From Planctomycetota bacterium (GTDB lineage: Bacteria > Planctomycetota > Phycisphaerae > Phycisphaerales > Phycisphaeraceae), in the NCBI GenBank assembly GCA_024276075.1, contig JAJRXX010000005.1:18664-82663 (forward strand): a stretch of 64,000 nucleotides of DNA, given 5' to 3'. Both the position numbers and the translations under genes were made by a program. Below the pieces are notes generated by a model that worked only from the letters and a program-made list of their open reading frames with translations, did not search any database and was not told the origin of the DNA. Numbering within the stretch: the stretch's first letter is position 1; each line of letters opens with the position of its first letter. Shown piece after piece: positions 1 through 10,422 of this stretch.

Positions 1-825
1 CGAAGAGCCGCCGATGAGTCCCTGGACGTCACGGTCATCATCCCCGGCGTCCCTGCTGTGTCCTACCTGTCGCCAATTCGCACCTTCGGGGATCGAGAGG
101 ATGTAGTTCTTCATGAAGTGATGGGAAAAATTAATCACACTGTCTTTTTTGATGGGGTATGCGTTGTCGCTGGAGGAAAAATAGCCGGCGTGCGGCACAT
201 GGATATACGGGAAAATGGGGATCATTGATACAGGGTCTGAGGTGTGGTAGACACGATAAATGTTTTCACTGCCCACACGTTTTGTGAGTCCCATGGAAAA
301 ATCGAGGAACCCGACGCGTGGGCATCCGAAGGTATATAGCTTGACGTTGTAGCCTTTTTTGCTGAGCAGGCTGGCTGCGAGCGTGGCCAGTGCGCCGCCC
401 AGGCTATGCCCGATGCAGTGGACACACGTAGGCCTTCTGGAATCTATGTATTCAACAACGTTGCTTTTGAAGCTCTGGAAGGTGTCGTTGAACCCCGCGT
501 GTACGATGTGGCCACAAGAGCTCAGAGATGAACCGATCTTGGCGTCGGTGATCCAGTCGGCGATGGTCTTGGTCCCGCGCGTGGCGACGATGGCTTCGCC
601 GGCCCTGCTCGAGGTGCCTTTGGCGCGAGCGAAATATCCGAATCCGGATTTTTTGGCCGCGAACTCGAAGCCGGATTGCCCTTCAAACTTGTGTGCGCGG
701 TAGAAGGTGCTGGTGTCGAGGCCGACGCTGGAGGTGCCTCCAGCGTCTTGGATGGAGTCTTCTCGGAGTTTGTAGACGTCACGCGCGATCTGCGCGGCTT
801 CGCGCGGCGTAAGAGGCTGGACCAT
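1..825 (-). CDS. class 3 lipase-like alpha/beta hydrolase, N-terminal part (C-terminus lies beyond the window edge)
   Basis: Hand translation of the minus frame from ATG (complement of 823-825) stays open for 275 codons down to base 1: MVQPLTPREAAQIARDVYKL...TCVHCIGHSLGGALATLAASLL (GxSxG nucleophile elbow typical of Lipase_3). Missing from the ORF track because there is no stop codon inside the window. Confidence 0.75.
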   Translation of the reverse strand, partial: MVQPLTPREAAQIARDVYKLREDSIQDAGGTSSVGLDTSTFYRAHKFEGQSGFEFAAKKSGFGYFARAKGTSSRAGEAIVATRGTKTIADWITDAKIGSSLSSCGHIVHAGFNDTFQSFKSNVVEYIDSRRPTCVHCIGHSLGGALATLAASLLSKKGYNVKLYTFGCPRVGFLDFSMGLTKRVGSENIYRVYHTSDPVSMIPIFPYIHVPHAGYFSSSDNAYPIKKDSVINFSHHFMKNYILSIPEGANWRQVGHSRDAGDDDRDVQGLIGGSS

Positions 826-1046
826 GATCTCTTCCTTTCTCTCTTCTGGCGTCCAAGTGTTAAAACATGCCTTGCAAGCGTTGCGAAACGAGTCTGAGGG
901 CAGCGGTTTCTTCACCGAACAAATAACTGAACCCGGGCGTTACCTAAGTTACCGACAATTCATCACTGCGCCTAGCTTTATTTTCATTGTTTGCACACGT
1001 TCCGCTCCTACACACCGCCTGCTGATACGCTAAGCTGACCGACGCC

Positions 1047-2138
1047 GTGGAACACCTGATCCCCCAGTACTGGTTCGACGGGTTGTCACAGCCGATGCTG
1101 CTGGTGATCGGCGCCTTCGCTACCGCTATGCTGATCAAGGGCGCCGACTGGATTGTCGAGAGCGCTTCTGCCATTGCGCTCCGCGCGGGGCTGCCGAAGA
1201 TCGTCGTAGGCGCAACGATCGTCTCCCTGGGCACAACCAGTCCGGAGTGCGCAGTATCTGTGATGGCGGCGTGGGCGGGTGAGCCGGGTTTGGCACTGGG
1301 TAATGCCGTCGGGTCGATCGTGGCTGACACAGGCCTAATCTTCGGGCTCGGGTGTCTGTTGGTAGCGCTTCCTGCAGACCGTTTTGTGCTAAACCGACAG
1401 GGCTGGATTCAGTTCGCCGCGGGCCTTCTGCTGGCGTGCCTCTGCTATGGCGCCTATGCGCGTCAGGGTGATCACGCTGTGTTAGGGCGTCCGATCGGCG
1501 TGCTTATGCTCGTCCTGCTGGCGGGATACCTATACGTCTCTGTAAAATGGAGCCGGACGCATCCCCACGGCGAGCCGTTTCAAACACCGGATACGATCGC
1601 GGAAATGCCCGTGGTCAAAGCCGCCATCGTGCCTGAAACGACACATCAGGAAGCCCGCCGCTCCGCCATTTACTTGATCGGGGTCATGCTCGCGGGGCTA
1701 GTCTTCGTCGTTTTCTCTAGCCGTGTACTGGTGTGCTGTGTAACGACTCTAGCTCAACGCTGGGGTGTGCCGCAGGTGGTCATCGCAGCCACGCTGGTAG
1801 CACTTGGAACTTCGCTGCCCGAGCTGGTGGTGGGCCTGACCAGCATATTGAAAGGCCACAAAGAAATCCTCGTGGGCAACATCATCGGAGCTGACATTCT
1901 CAATGTACTGTTCGTCGTGGGTGCCTCCGCTTGTGCTGCCGAGCTACCGATCGTCGAGGACGGCCAACGTATATTCCTGTACCTCCATCTACCCGCTGTG
2001 CTGCTCGTGCTGGCACTGTTTCGGCTGTTTACATTTTCCGCTATTAAGCGGGGACATTTCAGCAGATGGAACGGGGTGCCGTTATTGGTGTTGTACGTGG
2101 GCTACGTCGTGTTGCAGTTCGTTGCAACGCGAGGATAA
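1047..2138 (+). CDS. Ca2+/Na+ antiporter, CaCA (YrbG-like) sodium/calcium exchanger membrane protein
   Basis: 363 aa polytopic membrane ORF with both alpha-repeat motifs GNAVGSIVADTGLIFG and GNIIGADILNVLFVVG; GTG start. Confidence 0.8.
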   Translation: MEHLIPQYWFDGLSQPMLLVIGAFATAMLIKGADWIVESASAIALRAGLPKIVVGATIVSLGTTSPECAVSVMAAWAGEPGLALGNAVGSIVADTGLIFGLGCLLVALPADRFVLNRQGWIQFAAGLLLACLCYGAYARQGDHAVLGRPIGVLMLVLLAGYLYVSVKWSRTHPHGEPFQTPDTIAEMPVVKAAIVPETTHQEARRSAIYLIGVMLAGLVFVVFSSRVLVCCVTTLAQRWGVPQVVIAATLVALGTSLPELVVGLTSILKGHKEILVGNIIGADILNVLFVVGASACAAELPIVEDGQRIFLYLHLPAVLLVLALFRLFTFSAIKRGHFSRWNGVPLLVLYVGYVVLQFVATRG

Positions 2139-2350
2139 TTCGCATTCTGATTAACCCCCGTGCTTCAATCACAGTAAAGAGGTCCGCTTGCTGACGCGCG
2201 AGGATCGCTGAGAATCCCCCATGCGAAATCAGAAAACGCTCTAAATAAGATAAACGCCAACGAGTGATGCACATCTCCCGCATCGAATTTATCTTTCGTT
2301 AAATATTGACGTGACAAACAATCTCTTCGAGCATCGCTTAGCTAAACGCT

Positions 2351-4555
2351 TTACCCGATGATGTCGCAACTGGCGGGCCCGCCATGGACGATCACAGGAT
2401 CGGATTCACTCTCGATAAAAACGTTGCCGATACTGTCGACGACACACACAGGAACGCGTGCGGCCTTCCAATCCGCCAACGGCAGCAGAGGCCACCGCTG
2501 AGGTATGTGTCGGTTCGGCTCAACACTGATACGCGTACCGCCCGGCGCAAGACGATCGATCACGAGCCGTGGCCCCGCCAATAGGAACCCAAAACAGACC
2601 GCGCCACAGGGATCGAACGGCGTGAGGTGAGCGACATACGAGTCGCAATAACCCTGGCTCTGAAGGTGCGTGTTGCTAGTGACCTGCAAGTCCCAGTACC
2701 GCTGCGCCCTGGTGGTATAGCCGGCGCCGAGGTAAACCGATAGGTGATCTCGCCAGACGTTTTGGCTAATCCAGATATCCTCGATGTCATCGGACGTGCT
2801 CCCGCAGCCATAAGCCGCCAGCGTCTCGCGCGCCGCACTGACCAGATCAATCCGCAACCGAGTCGGATCGAGGATCAGAGGCTGTGCCGTGATCGCGGGC
2901 AGCAGCAACGCGTTACCGGTATTGATCGAGTAGGCCTCACGAACGGGTGTACCCGCGATCGGAGCGAGGGCGCCACCCATCGACGGAGCGTCTCCAACCC
3001 AGGCGCCGGGCATGAGCGCGGTGTCCTGATCGAGGCACAGCGCGTAATGATCACGCAGCCAAATCTTCTGCTCAAGCTTGTTGGTGTCAGCGTCGACCGT
3101 ATTTTGGCACCGCCCAGCCGTAGCTGTGTGACCACTCCTCGCCAACATATCCGCAGCAGCCTGGAGCGCAGCCAATCGCTTGACAGCAAGGTGGGTCTGC
3201 TTGCCCGCGTCAATCAGAGGCGTGTCGGGATCATCAGCGGAAGCGGCGGAGGCAATAGAGGGAAACCCGCTGTCGTCACGATCGGCCCATGTAAGATAAG
3301 CAGCCAGACGATCGATCCGTTGCGCGTGCTGCTGTACCAGCGTCAGATCGGCGGTCCAGTGTGTGTAGGCCTGTGCGGCTAACAGGTAATTACAGGTGGT
3401 CTCAAGAGGGTCTTCACGGTCGAGCAGCTTGACGTGGTTGACACGCTTAACCGGCGCATTATCACGCAAATATCCGCCCGACGATGGCTCATGAGATACC
3501 TCATAACGCGCCCACTGATCGAGTTGCATAGCCAACAAGCGAGGCCACAACGCGAGATACAACGGCGAACTGTAATACCCCACCGTAATAGCGGATTGAT
3601 GATTGTATGGGTTTCCCCAAGTACCAAACCACTGCGAGCCGTCAGGCCGCTGACACCAACAAGTATTCGATAAAAAAGTCTGGAATGACTGATTGAGCAG
3701 ATGTCGTTGTGCCATGCTCAGCGGTGCCTGGTCGATCAGCCGTTCGAGCCGACGCGAATGCGCTAAACGATCGTCACGCAGACGAATGGCGTCATCCATC
3801 ACGGCATCAAGATCGGGCCAATGTTGTAGATAGCGCAACGACGCTGTGCCCTGCACGGGTCCCACGGATCCGATTGGGCTATCACAGTGGGCACCCCAGA
3901 CCAGCCGCCACTTGATACCCGAGCCCGGCTCCGTCACCGGCACCTCAAGCGTCAGGCCACAACCGTCGGCATCAGGTGTGGGGCCTGGGTTTAGACTGAC
4001 GATGCGCTCACGCACATCGACGGGGGCTTGATCATCACCGTCGCGCGCGGGAGGCAACGTACACCGATACGCAAGGTCGATACTCGCGTTCTTGCCATCG
4101 GAAGCAGCGGCGATATGCGTGTCGGACCGGTGCAACCGTATGAATAATTTAGCACGCTTGGGAATAGGCCCCGTCGGTTTGAGGTTCTGCACCGTGCGTA
4201 CGGGATTGACACGCATCTCAAGGTAAAACGCCGGCATCGAACACAGCTCCTCATCTTGCGGGTAGAAGACGCTGTGTACGTTGAACTCAAACCGCAAGCG
4301 GTACCGCTCACTAAAGCCGCGGAATGTAATTGAATTGAGCCGCTCAAATTGCTCGGGGTTGTACAGCGGCACGCCCTGCATGGTGAAGGGCAAAACGCGC
4401 TCGGTACCGTCCGGATCCACCAGACCGACCTTGAGATCACTGGGCTGGTCGAAAAATCGTCCCAGCGCGGAATGCCGGATACGGCGGTGCTGGGGCTCAA
4501 ACATCAAACTAAATCGACTACCAAGCCGAGCGAGCGTCCACGTCATTAGCTGCAT
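2351..4555 (-). CDS. large cytoplasmic glycoside-hydrolase-like protein (GH52-like layout, (alpha/alpha)6-barrel type); function uncertain
   Basis: 734 aa uninterrupted ORF with no signal peptide. Segments AFYLEMRVNP, TCNYLLAAQAYTHWTADL and DSGFPS...THLAVKRLAALQAA resemble the layout of GH52 beta-xylosidases as I remember them. Not verified by any search. Confidence 0.45.
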   Translation of the reverse strand: MQLMTWTLARLGSRFSLMFEPQHRRIRHSALGRFFDQPSDLKVGLVDPDGTERVLPFTMQGVPLYNPEQFERLNSITFRGFSERYRLRFEFNVHSVFYPQDEELCSMPAFYLEMRVNPVRTVQNLKPTGPIPKRAKLFIRLHRSDTHIAAASDGKNASIDLAYRCTLPPARDGDDQAPVDVRERIVSLNPGPTPDADGCGLTLEVPVTEPGSGIKWRLVWGAHCDSPIGSVGPVQGTASLRYLQHWPDLDAVMDDAIRLRDDRLAHSRRLERLIDQAPLSMAQRHLLNQSFQTFLSNTCWCQRPDGSQWFGTWGNPYNHQSAITVGYYSSPLYLALWPRLLAMQLDQWARYEVSHEPSSGGYLRDNAPVKRVNHVKLLDREDPLETTCNYLLAAQAYTHWTADLTLVQQHAQRIDRLAAYLTWADRDDSGFPSIASAASADDPDTPLIDAGKQTHLAVKRLAALQAAADMLARSGHTATAGRCQNTVDADTNKLEQKIWLRDHYALCLDQDTALMPGAWVGDAPSMGGALAPIAGTPVREAYSINTGNALLLPAITAQPLILDPTRLRIDLVSAARETLAAYGCGSTSDDIEDIWISQNVWRDHLSVYLGAGYTTRAQRYWDLQVTSNTHLQSQGYCDSYVAHLTPFDPCGAVCFGFLLAGPRLVIDRLAPGGTRISVEPNRHIPQRWPLLPLADWKAARVPVCVVDSIGNVFIESESDPVIVHGGPASCDIIG

Positions 4556-4670
4556 GGTTGGGCACCCTATCGTCGGTCTCTGAATCCAGCCTCAAACACG
4601 TTCATAGCGTGTTCACGCGGGTGAAAGCCCTATCCTAGCGATAAGCACAGCCACTGGTAAAGGCCATTTC

Positions 4671-5942
4671 CTATAAAGGAGCTATCGGCAATGTCTTCGC
4701 CAGCTTTTTGACGACGTCGGCGACGAGTTCCACAGCCCGGTCGATTTCCTGATCGGTCGTATGCCGGCTCAATGAAAACCGCACAGCCCCGTGCGCAACA
4801 GGCTCCGGGATACCCATCGCCAATAGGACGGGCGACGGATCAAGCGATCCTGAGGAGCACGCCGCCCCCGCCGAAGCGCACAAACCACGCTCACTGAGAG
4901 CCACGAGCACCGCTTCGGCCTCAAGGTGTGGGAACGCGATATTCGAGGTGTTCCACAACCGACGCTGATCAGGCTCGCCGCTCTCAAGGTCGCGATCGGA
5001 GTTGGCCGGCTTCGCGATGATGACAGCCCGCGACACCGCACCCACAACACCCTGTTCAAATCGATCACGCAACGACCCCAAGTGATCAATCCGATCCGTG
5101 TCCGTGAGAAATGCCTCAGCGAGTTCCGCCGCCACGCCCATGCCCACAATGCCGGGCGTATTTTCCGTACCGCCGCGTCGCTCACGTTCCTGCGGGCCGC
5201 CAAGGTTCTGCGTGTGAAGGCGCACACCCGAACGAACAAAAAGCGCCCCGACACCCTTGGGGCCGTGAAATTTGTGCGCCGAAAACGTCAGCAGATCGAC
5301 GGGGGTCTGCGCTAGGTCGATAGCGATCTTGCCAACAGCTTGGGTGGCGTCGGTGTGAAAATACACGCGGCTACGACTGGATTGGCCGTCGCTATGGGCA
5401 CGACAACAAGCAACAAGATCATCAATTGGTTGGATAGCGCCGGTCTCATTATTCGCCCAGTGAATACTCGCAAGCGTGATGCAACCGGGATCGGTCGCGT
5501 GACGGCCCAGCGCATCGGTGAGGTCCTGAGGGTCAACTCGGCCCAACAAATCAACGGGCAGGTATACCACGCGTATTCCAAATTTGGCGAGTTGCTGGGC
5601 GGGCTCACGTATGGCGGCGTGCTCGACCTGGGTCGTGATCAACAATCCTCGAGGAGAGGACGCCGTCGGTACGGCGAACAGTGCTCGATCGAAGACACCA
5701 CGCAACGCTAGATTATTCGACTCTGTGCCCCCGGAGGTGAATATCAGTTCACGATCACGACAGTTGATCAGCCGGGCGAGGCTCGCGCGGGCCAACTCGA
5801 CGCGCTGACGCGCCATCTGGCCAAACCGATGCACGCTAGACGGATTCGCCCAGTGCTGCTCGTTGACCTCCCCCACCGCAGCAACCACCTCGGGAGCGGG
5901 TTGGGTCGTGGCGTTGTTATCCAGGTATATCCGCTGTGTCAT
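4671..5942 (-). CDS. cysteine desulfurase (NifS/IscS-like class V aminotransferase)
   Basis: RIYLDNNATTQP N-terminus, SAHKFHGPKGVGALFVR (PLP lysine), SAGAACSSGS active-site Cys loop. Start moved to the internal ATG (MTQRIYLDNNATT) from track ORF 4671..6002. Confidence 0.85.
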   Translation of the reverse strand: MTQRIYLDNNATTQPAPEVVAAVGEVNEQHWANPSSVHRFGQMARQRVELARASLARLINCRDRELIFTSGGTESNNLALRGVFDRALFAVPTASSPRGLLITTQVEHAAIREPAQQLAKFGIRVVYLPVDLLGRVDPQDLTDALGRHATDPGCITLASIHWANNETGAIQPIDDLVACCRAHSDGQSSRSRVYFHTDATQAVGKIAIDLAQTPVDLLTFSAHKFHGPKGVGALFVRSGVRLHTQNLGGPQERERRGGTENTPGIVGMGVAAELAEAFLTDTDRIDHLGSLRDRFEQGVVGAVSRAVIIAKPANSDRDLESGEPDQRRLWNTSNIAFPHLEAEAVLVALSERGLCASAGAACSSGSLDPSPVLLAMGIPEPVAHGAVRFSLSRHTTDQEIDRAVELVADVVKKLAKTLPIAPL

Positions 5943-6131
5943 ACCAATCCTCAAAAAGAATGTCGTATGGTCCGTGTACGTGGGAGCAGATGTCACAACC
6001 ACTAATTACTTACACGACGCGGTCAAAACATACGCGGATGCGTATCACGGGGTATTGTATGGGTCAGCCTAGCTGTGCGCACAGCCTAGACCTACAAGAT
6101 TCATGGATAGCGGACAGCTATACTCACAGCC

Positions 6132-6692
6132 ATGCCAGGCGCCAGCATCAGAACGGACATCGTGGAGGTCTACGCGTTCAGCGTTCAGGCTCTGTCCGAG
6201 AACGACCGCAGCGTGTGCCCCGAAGTGTCATTCCTGCAATTACGACGCAGCAAGGGCCAAATGTCAGGTTCCTGGCAACCCGTCATGGGACACGTCGAGG
6301 AAAACGAAACAAGCACCGACGCAGCCCTGCGCGAGCTAAAGGAAGAAACCGGGTACGCCCCCAACCACGGCTTGATTCGTTTGTGGCAGCTCGAATCGGT
6401 AAACACCTATTTCCTGGCAACCGACGATAGCGTCATGATGAGCCCCGGCTTCGCCGCACTCGTAGTACCAAACATTGCGCCCCGTTTGGACGACGCACAC
6501 GACGGCTTCCGATGGGTAAAACGAGACCACGCAGATCGGCTATTCATCTGGCCCGGACAACGCACCGCCATCGATCAGATCGTACGCGACATCGTGCCAA
6601 CGGTTGCAAGCGGTGATGCCGCCAAACAACTCGGTCCCGATACAAACACATCCATAGAGGAAGCGCTACGCGTGAAACTAAAAGATCAATGA
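6132..6692 (+). CDS. NUDIX hydrolase
   Basis: Nudix box GHVEENETSTDAALRELKEETGY (GX5EX7REUXEEXGU). Confidence 0.85.
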   Translation: MPGASIRTDIVEVYAFSVQALSENDRSVCPEVSFLQLRRSKGQMSGSWQPVMGHVEENETSTDAALRELKEETGYAPNHGLIRLWQLESVNTYFLATDDSVMMSPGFAALVVPNIAPRLDDAHDGFRWVKRDHADRLFIWPGQRTAIDQIVRDIVPTVASGDAAKQLGPDTNTSIEEALRVKLKDQ

Positions 6693-6725
6693 TGAATTGG
6701 CCAGGTGAGAGATGACTCGTAGATA

Positions 6726-7487
6726 TCAGCGAGCTTGTAACCGGCGGCGAGAAGATACAATACACATCAGCCCAATCGCACCGAGAAGAACGCCCGTAGC
6801 TGGCTCAGGGACCACCGCCGTCGTCGTGCTGAGATTGAGGGTCAAATTGCCCGCAACACTCGAGCCCTGAAAAGAAATGTTGCCTCCCCCAAAGTAGATG
6901 CCCGGATTCTGATCGTTGACGCCGGTGATGACCAACTCATCGGATGATGCCGTCGTGGAGAAAGCCGCTTGGCCTGTGAGCGTAAAACTCTGCGTCCCGA
7001 AAGGGACAACCTGCGAGGTAGCGACATCGACCAACTGGATGTCCACAAACACGGTGCCGGACGCGGTGGCCGTCCCGGTTCCACCGCTTTCGATGATATT
7101 AGACACCACCCCAACGCTTGAAGCAGAAGACGAAAGCGTAACGAACAAATAATTTGGCTTGGAATTAAACATAACAGGGTCTACACTGCGAAGCGACATC
7201 GCAACGAGTTCGATATCAACCGTGTCGGAGGTGTTGGGAGTAAAAGTGTTCTTTCGCTCAATGATCGCGTGGGTACCGCCGACATCTTGGACACCGATGC
7301 TCCCGCCAAAGTCGTGCGTACCCAAGGGGATACCCATAAGCGGGATACTTGGTGAACCAATCAAGTCGATGGAACTGTCGGTCTGCAACTGAAGCAGGTT
7401 GTACCCCGGCATAATGGCCCCGTGACACAACGCCGCAGGCGCGAGCACCGCTAAAACAACGACAAACGATAAGTTTTTCCGCGCCAT
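6726..7487 (-). CDS. PEP-CTERM sorting-domain secreted protein
   Basis: Signal peptide MARKNLSFVVVLAVLAPAALC. C-terminal VPEPATGVLLGAIGLMCIVSSRRR (PEP motif + TM + basic tail). Start trimmed to an internal ATG. Confidence 0.8.
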   Translation of the reverse strand: MARKNLSFVVVLAVLAPAALCHGAIMPGYNLLQLQTDSSIDLIGSPSIPLMGIPLGTHDFGGSIGVQDVGGTHAIIERKNTFTPNTSDTVDIELVAMSLRSVDPVMFNSKPNYLFVTLSSSASSVGVVSNIIESGGTGTATASGTVFVDIQLVDVATSQVVPFGTQSFTLTGQAAFSTTASSDELVITGVNDQNPGIYFGGGNISFQGSSVAGNLTLNLSTTTAVVPEPATGVLLGAIGLMCIVSSRRRLQAR

Positions 7488-7797
7488 GCAAGTCCCTTCC
7501 GGCTCCCCCAAAAGCGCTAAAACCACATTGTCACGCTTACCTCAAAGGTACCGCTGGTATGAGTTGGAGTCAAAATATAAATCGTGTTTTCCCGTAATAA
7601 TTATAGATCGCCTAAAACATCCCTATCTTACCTATCTTACGTAATTTATCGTCTGGCAAATGATGGTTTTAATGGACGGAAAGATGCCCTCTGCCGTATG
7701 CGGTGAGACACAGACGGGTTGGGGTGTGTAAAAGCTGTGTTTGGCCGGCTAGTGACGGTCGCACTATCATCACGGACCCTGCCAATCCTTACTAGGA

Positions 7798-9114
7798 GTG
7801 ATTTGCGTGGATCATTTTGAGTACCGTGACGGCGAGTTGTGGTGCGAGGGCGTCGACTTGACCGAACTGGCCGGCCGCGTGGGCACACCACTCTACGTCT
7901 ACTCGCGGCGGACACTAGAAGACCACTACGACCGTCTGGTTAAAGCCTTCGCACAACTCGACCCTCTGATCTGCTACTCGATCAAGAGCTGCGGGAACGT
8001 GAACCTCTGCCGCATCCTCGCGGGTCGGGGCGCGGGCATGGATGTAGTTAGCGGAGGCGAACTGTTCCGGGCGCAGCAAGCGGGCGTACGTATGGACAAG
8101 ATCGTCTACGCCGGCGTGGGCAAGACCGACGCCGAGATCCGCGACGCCATCACCGCCAAGATCGGGTGGTTTAATATCGAATCCGAAGCGGAGTTTGAAA
8201 ACATCGCTTCGATCGCAAAACAGATGGGCGCGCAGGTACGAGCGGCACTACGAATCAACCCAGACGTAGACCCCAAGACACACGCTAAAACCACCACGGG
8301 TAAAAAGGAAACCAAATTCGGCGTCGACATCGAACGCGCCCGACGATTCTTCGAACGATACGGACAAGACGAACACGCCCTGCTCCGGGCTGTGCACCTG
8401 CACATCGGGTCGCCGGTCTACAGCCCCGAGCCTTACGTACAAGCGATCGACAAGGCACTGACGCTGATCGAAAAGCTCCGCCACCAGGACTACCAGATCG
8501 ACGCGATCGACATCGGTGGCGGATTCGGCGCCGACTACGAATCAGGCCAATCGCCTTCCTTCGCGGATTACGCCTCCGAGATTGTGCCCACGCTCAAAAA
8601 ATTCCACGACGACGGCGGGCAGGTCATACTCGAGCCCGGCAGGACAATCGCCGCCAACGCAGGTGTACTGCTCACACGTGTGCAATACATCAAAATGGGT
8701 GGTTCCAAAAAATTTGTCATCATTGACAGCGGCATGCACCACCTCATCAGGCCTACGCTATACGATTCATTCCACTTTATTTGGCCCACGAAAGTCGCGC
8801 CCATGCACCAACCCGACAAAGGTCAGCGTCGGCTGGAAATGGACCTGCCGGGCCTTGAGCCCTGCGAAGTGGTGGGACCCGTCTGCGAAAGCGGCGACTA
8901 CCTCGCAAAGGCCCGCCGTCTACCACCCGTGGCCAGGGGGGACGTCCTGTGCGTCTTCAGCGCGGGCGCCTATGGCATGGTCATGGCCAGCAACTACAAC
9001 GCGTTCCCTCGCCCTGCCGAGGTACTCATCAACGACAAGCGCGTCACCCAGATCCGCCGCCGCGAGACATACCAGGACCTCGTCGCCGGCGAGCTTGAGC
9101 CGACCGAGTTGTGA
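7798..9114 (+). CDS. lysA: diaminopimelate decarboxylase
   Basis: 438 aa; GTPLYVYS, YSIKSCGN (PLP Lys region), GGGFG and CESGD motifs of fold-III PLP decarboxylases in the LysA layout. Confidence 0.9.
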   Translation: MICVDHFEYRDGELWCEGVDLTELAGRVGTPLYVYSRRTLEDHYDRLVKAFAQLDPLICYSIKSCGNVNLCRILAGRGAGMDVVSGGELFRAQQAGVRMDKIVYAGVGKTDAEIRDAITAKIGWFNIESEAEFENIASIAKQMGAQVRAALRINPDVDPKTHAKTTTGKKETKFGVDIERARRFFERYGQDEHALLRAVHLHIGSPVYSPEPYVQAIDKALTLIEKLRHQDYQIDAIDIGGGFGADYESGQSPSFADYASEIVPTLKKFHDDGGQVILEPGRTIAANAGVLLTRVQYIKMGGSKKFVIIDSGMHHLIRPTLYDSFHFIWPTKVAPMHQPDKGQRRLEMDLPGLEPCEVVGPVCESGDYLAKARRLPPVARGDVLCVFSAGAYGMVMASNYNAFPRPAEVLINDKRVTQIRRRETYQDLVAGELEPTEL

Positions 9115-9166
9115 CGCCGGGCCTTCACAGCCCAAGAGGCTCCGTTGAAACCCTGCTCAAGGGTGC

Positions 9167-9189
9167 CACTGGCGGCTCGTCCGCCAGTG
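9167..9189 (+). terminator. perfect 9-bp hairpin downstream of lysA (possible terminator, no clear U-run)
   Basis: cactggcgg-ctcgt-ccgccagtg, about 50 nt after the lysA stop; followed by cttggttg rather than a T tract. Confidence 0.3.
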
Positions 9190-9328
9190 CTTGGTTGACT
9201 CATTCCCGTAACGACGTGTATTTCTCGCCAACAAGCACCGCCACCCAAGCAAGGGTTTCAGCAGAGCCAATCCAAGGCAGTAGAATGCAAACCGCCGACG
9301 CCACAGGCCAACCGCATCAGTCTCACCC

Positions 9329-10408
9329 ATGGCAAAGGAACGTATCATCTCGAGCCACGCCGCGGACGAGCGCGAGGAACTGCTCAACCTCTCACTGCGC
9401 CCCCAGCACATGGCCGATTACATCGGCCAGTCAAAGCTCGTCGAAAAACTACTGATTACGCTACAAGCTGTGAAGGAACGCAGCGAACCCATGGAGCACG
9501 TCCTATTGCACGGGCCGCCTGGTCTGGGCAAAACTACGCTCGCGCACATCATCGCAAACGAGATGGGCACGCACCTGACCGTGACCTCTGGCCCCGCGCT
9601 GGTGCGACCGACCGACCTGGTAGGCACCCTCACCAAGCTACAAGAAGGCGACGTCCTGTTCATCGACGAGATACACAGGCTCAGCCCTATCGTCGAGGAG
9701 TACATCTACCCCGCTATGGAGGATTTTAAGATCGACGTCACCGTCGACTCCGGCATGCACGCACGCACCATCACGCTACCCGTCAAGCCCTTCACGCTCA
9801 TCGGCGCCACCACACGCGCTGGGCTGCTCTCCGGGCCCATGCGGTCCAGGTTCGGCGTCTCACACAGCTTCGAATACTACAGCAGAGAGGAACTACTCGA
9901 AATCCTACGCCGAAGCGCGTCGCTGTTGAAAATGGGTGGCGTCAGTGCCGGCAAAAGCGGCGACGGCCTCCAAATCGAGAGCCTCCAATCGCTGGAAATG
10001 ATCGCGTCACGAGCGCGAGGCACGCCCCGTGTCGCCAACCGGCTGCTACGACGTGTACGCGACTTCGCACAGGTACGCGCCAGCGGACGCATGACACCGG
10101 ACGTCGTCGATGTATCGCTTCGGCTCGAAGGCGTCGACGACTTGGGCCTCGACGAACTCGACCGGAAGTACCTCTCCATCATCGGCCAGGTCTACAACGG
10201 CGGGCCCGTAGGACTCGAAGCCATCGCCGCCACACTGGGCGAGGATTCGGGCACACTCGAAGAGGTCGTCGAGCCGTACCTGTTGCAGGTCGGCTTCCTC
10301 GCACGCACCCGCAAGGGACGACAGCTCACCACCGCAGCAGCAGCGCACGTCGGCATCACCCTCAAACCCAACGAACAAAATAACGACGGGCTGTTCGAGG
10401 ACGAGTGA
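9329..10408 (+). CDS. ruvB: Holliday junction branch migration DNA helicase RuvB
   Basis: LRPQHMADYIGQ, Walker A HGPPGLGKTTLA, FIDEIHRL Walker B; length 359 aa. Confidence 0.95.
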   Translation: MAKERIISSHAADEREELLNLSLRPQHMADYIGQSKLVEKLLITLQAVKERSEPMEHVLLHGPPGLGKTTLAHIIANEMGTHLTVTSGPALVRPTDLVGTLTKLQEGDVLFIDEIHRLSPIVEEYIYPAMEDFKIDVTVDSGMHARTITLPVKPFTLIGATTRAGLLSGPMRSRFGVSHSFEYYSREELLEILRRSASLLKMGGVSAGKSGDGLQIESLQSLEMIASRARGTPRVANRLLRRVRDFAQVRASGRMTPDVVDVSLRLEGVDDLGLDELDRKYLSIIGQVYNGGPVGLEAIAATLGEDSGTLEEVVEPYLLQVGFLARTRKGRQLTTAAAAHVGITLKPNEQNNDGLFEDE

Positions 10409-10422
10409 AAATCGCGTTGTCT

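Noticed and set aside
7527-7797. Lysine (L-box) riboswitch upstream of lysA.
   Set aside because: The spacer is mostly an A+T-rich divergent promoter region. I could not find conserved L-box helices or the AGAGGCGC/GGGAG cores.
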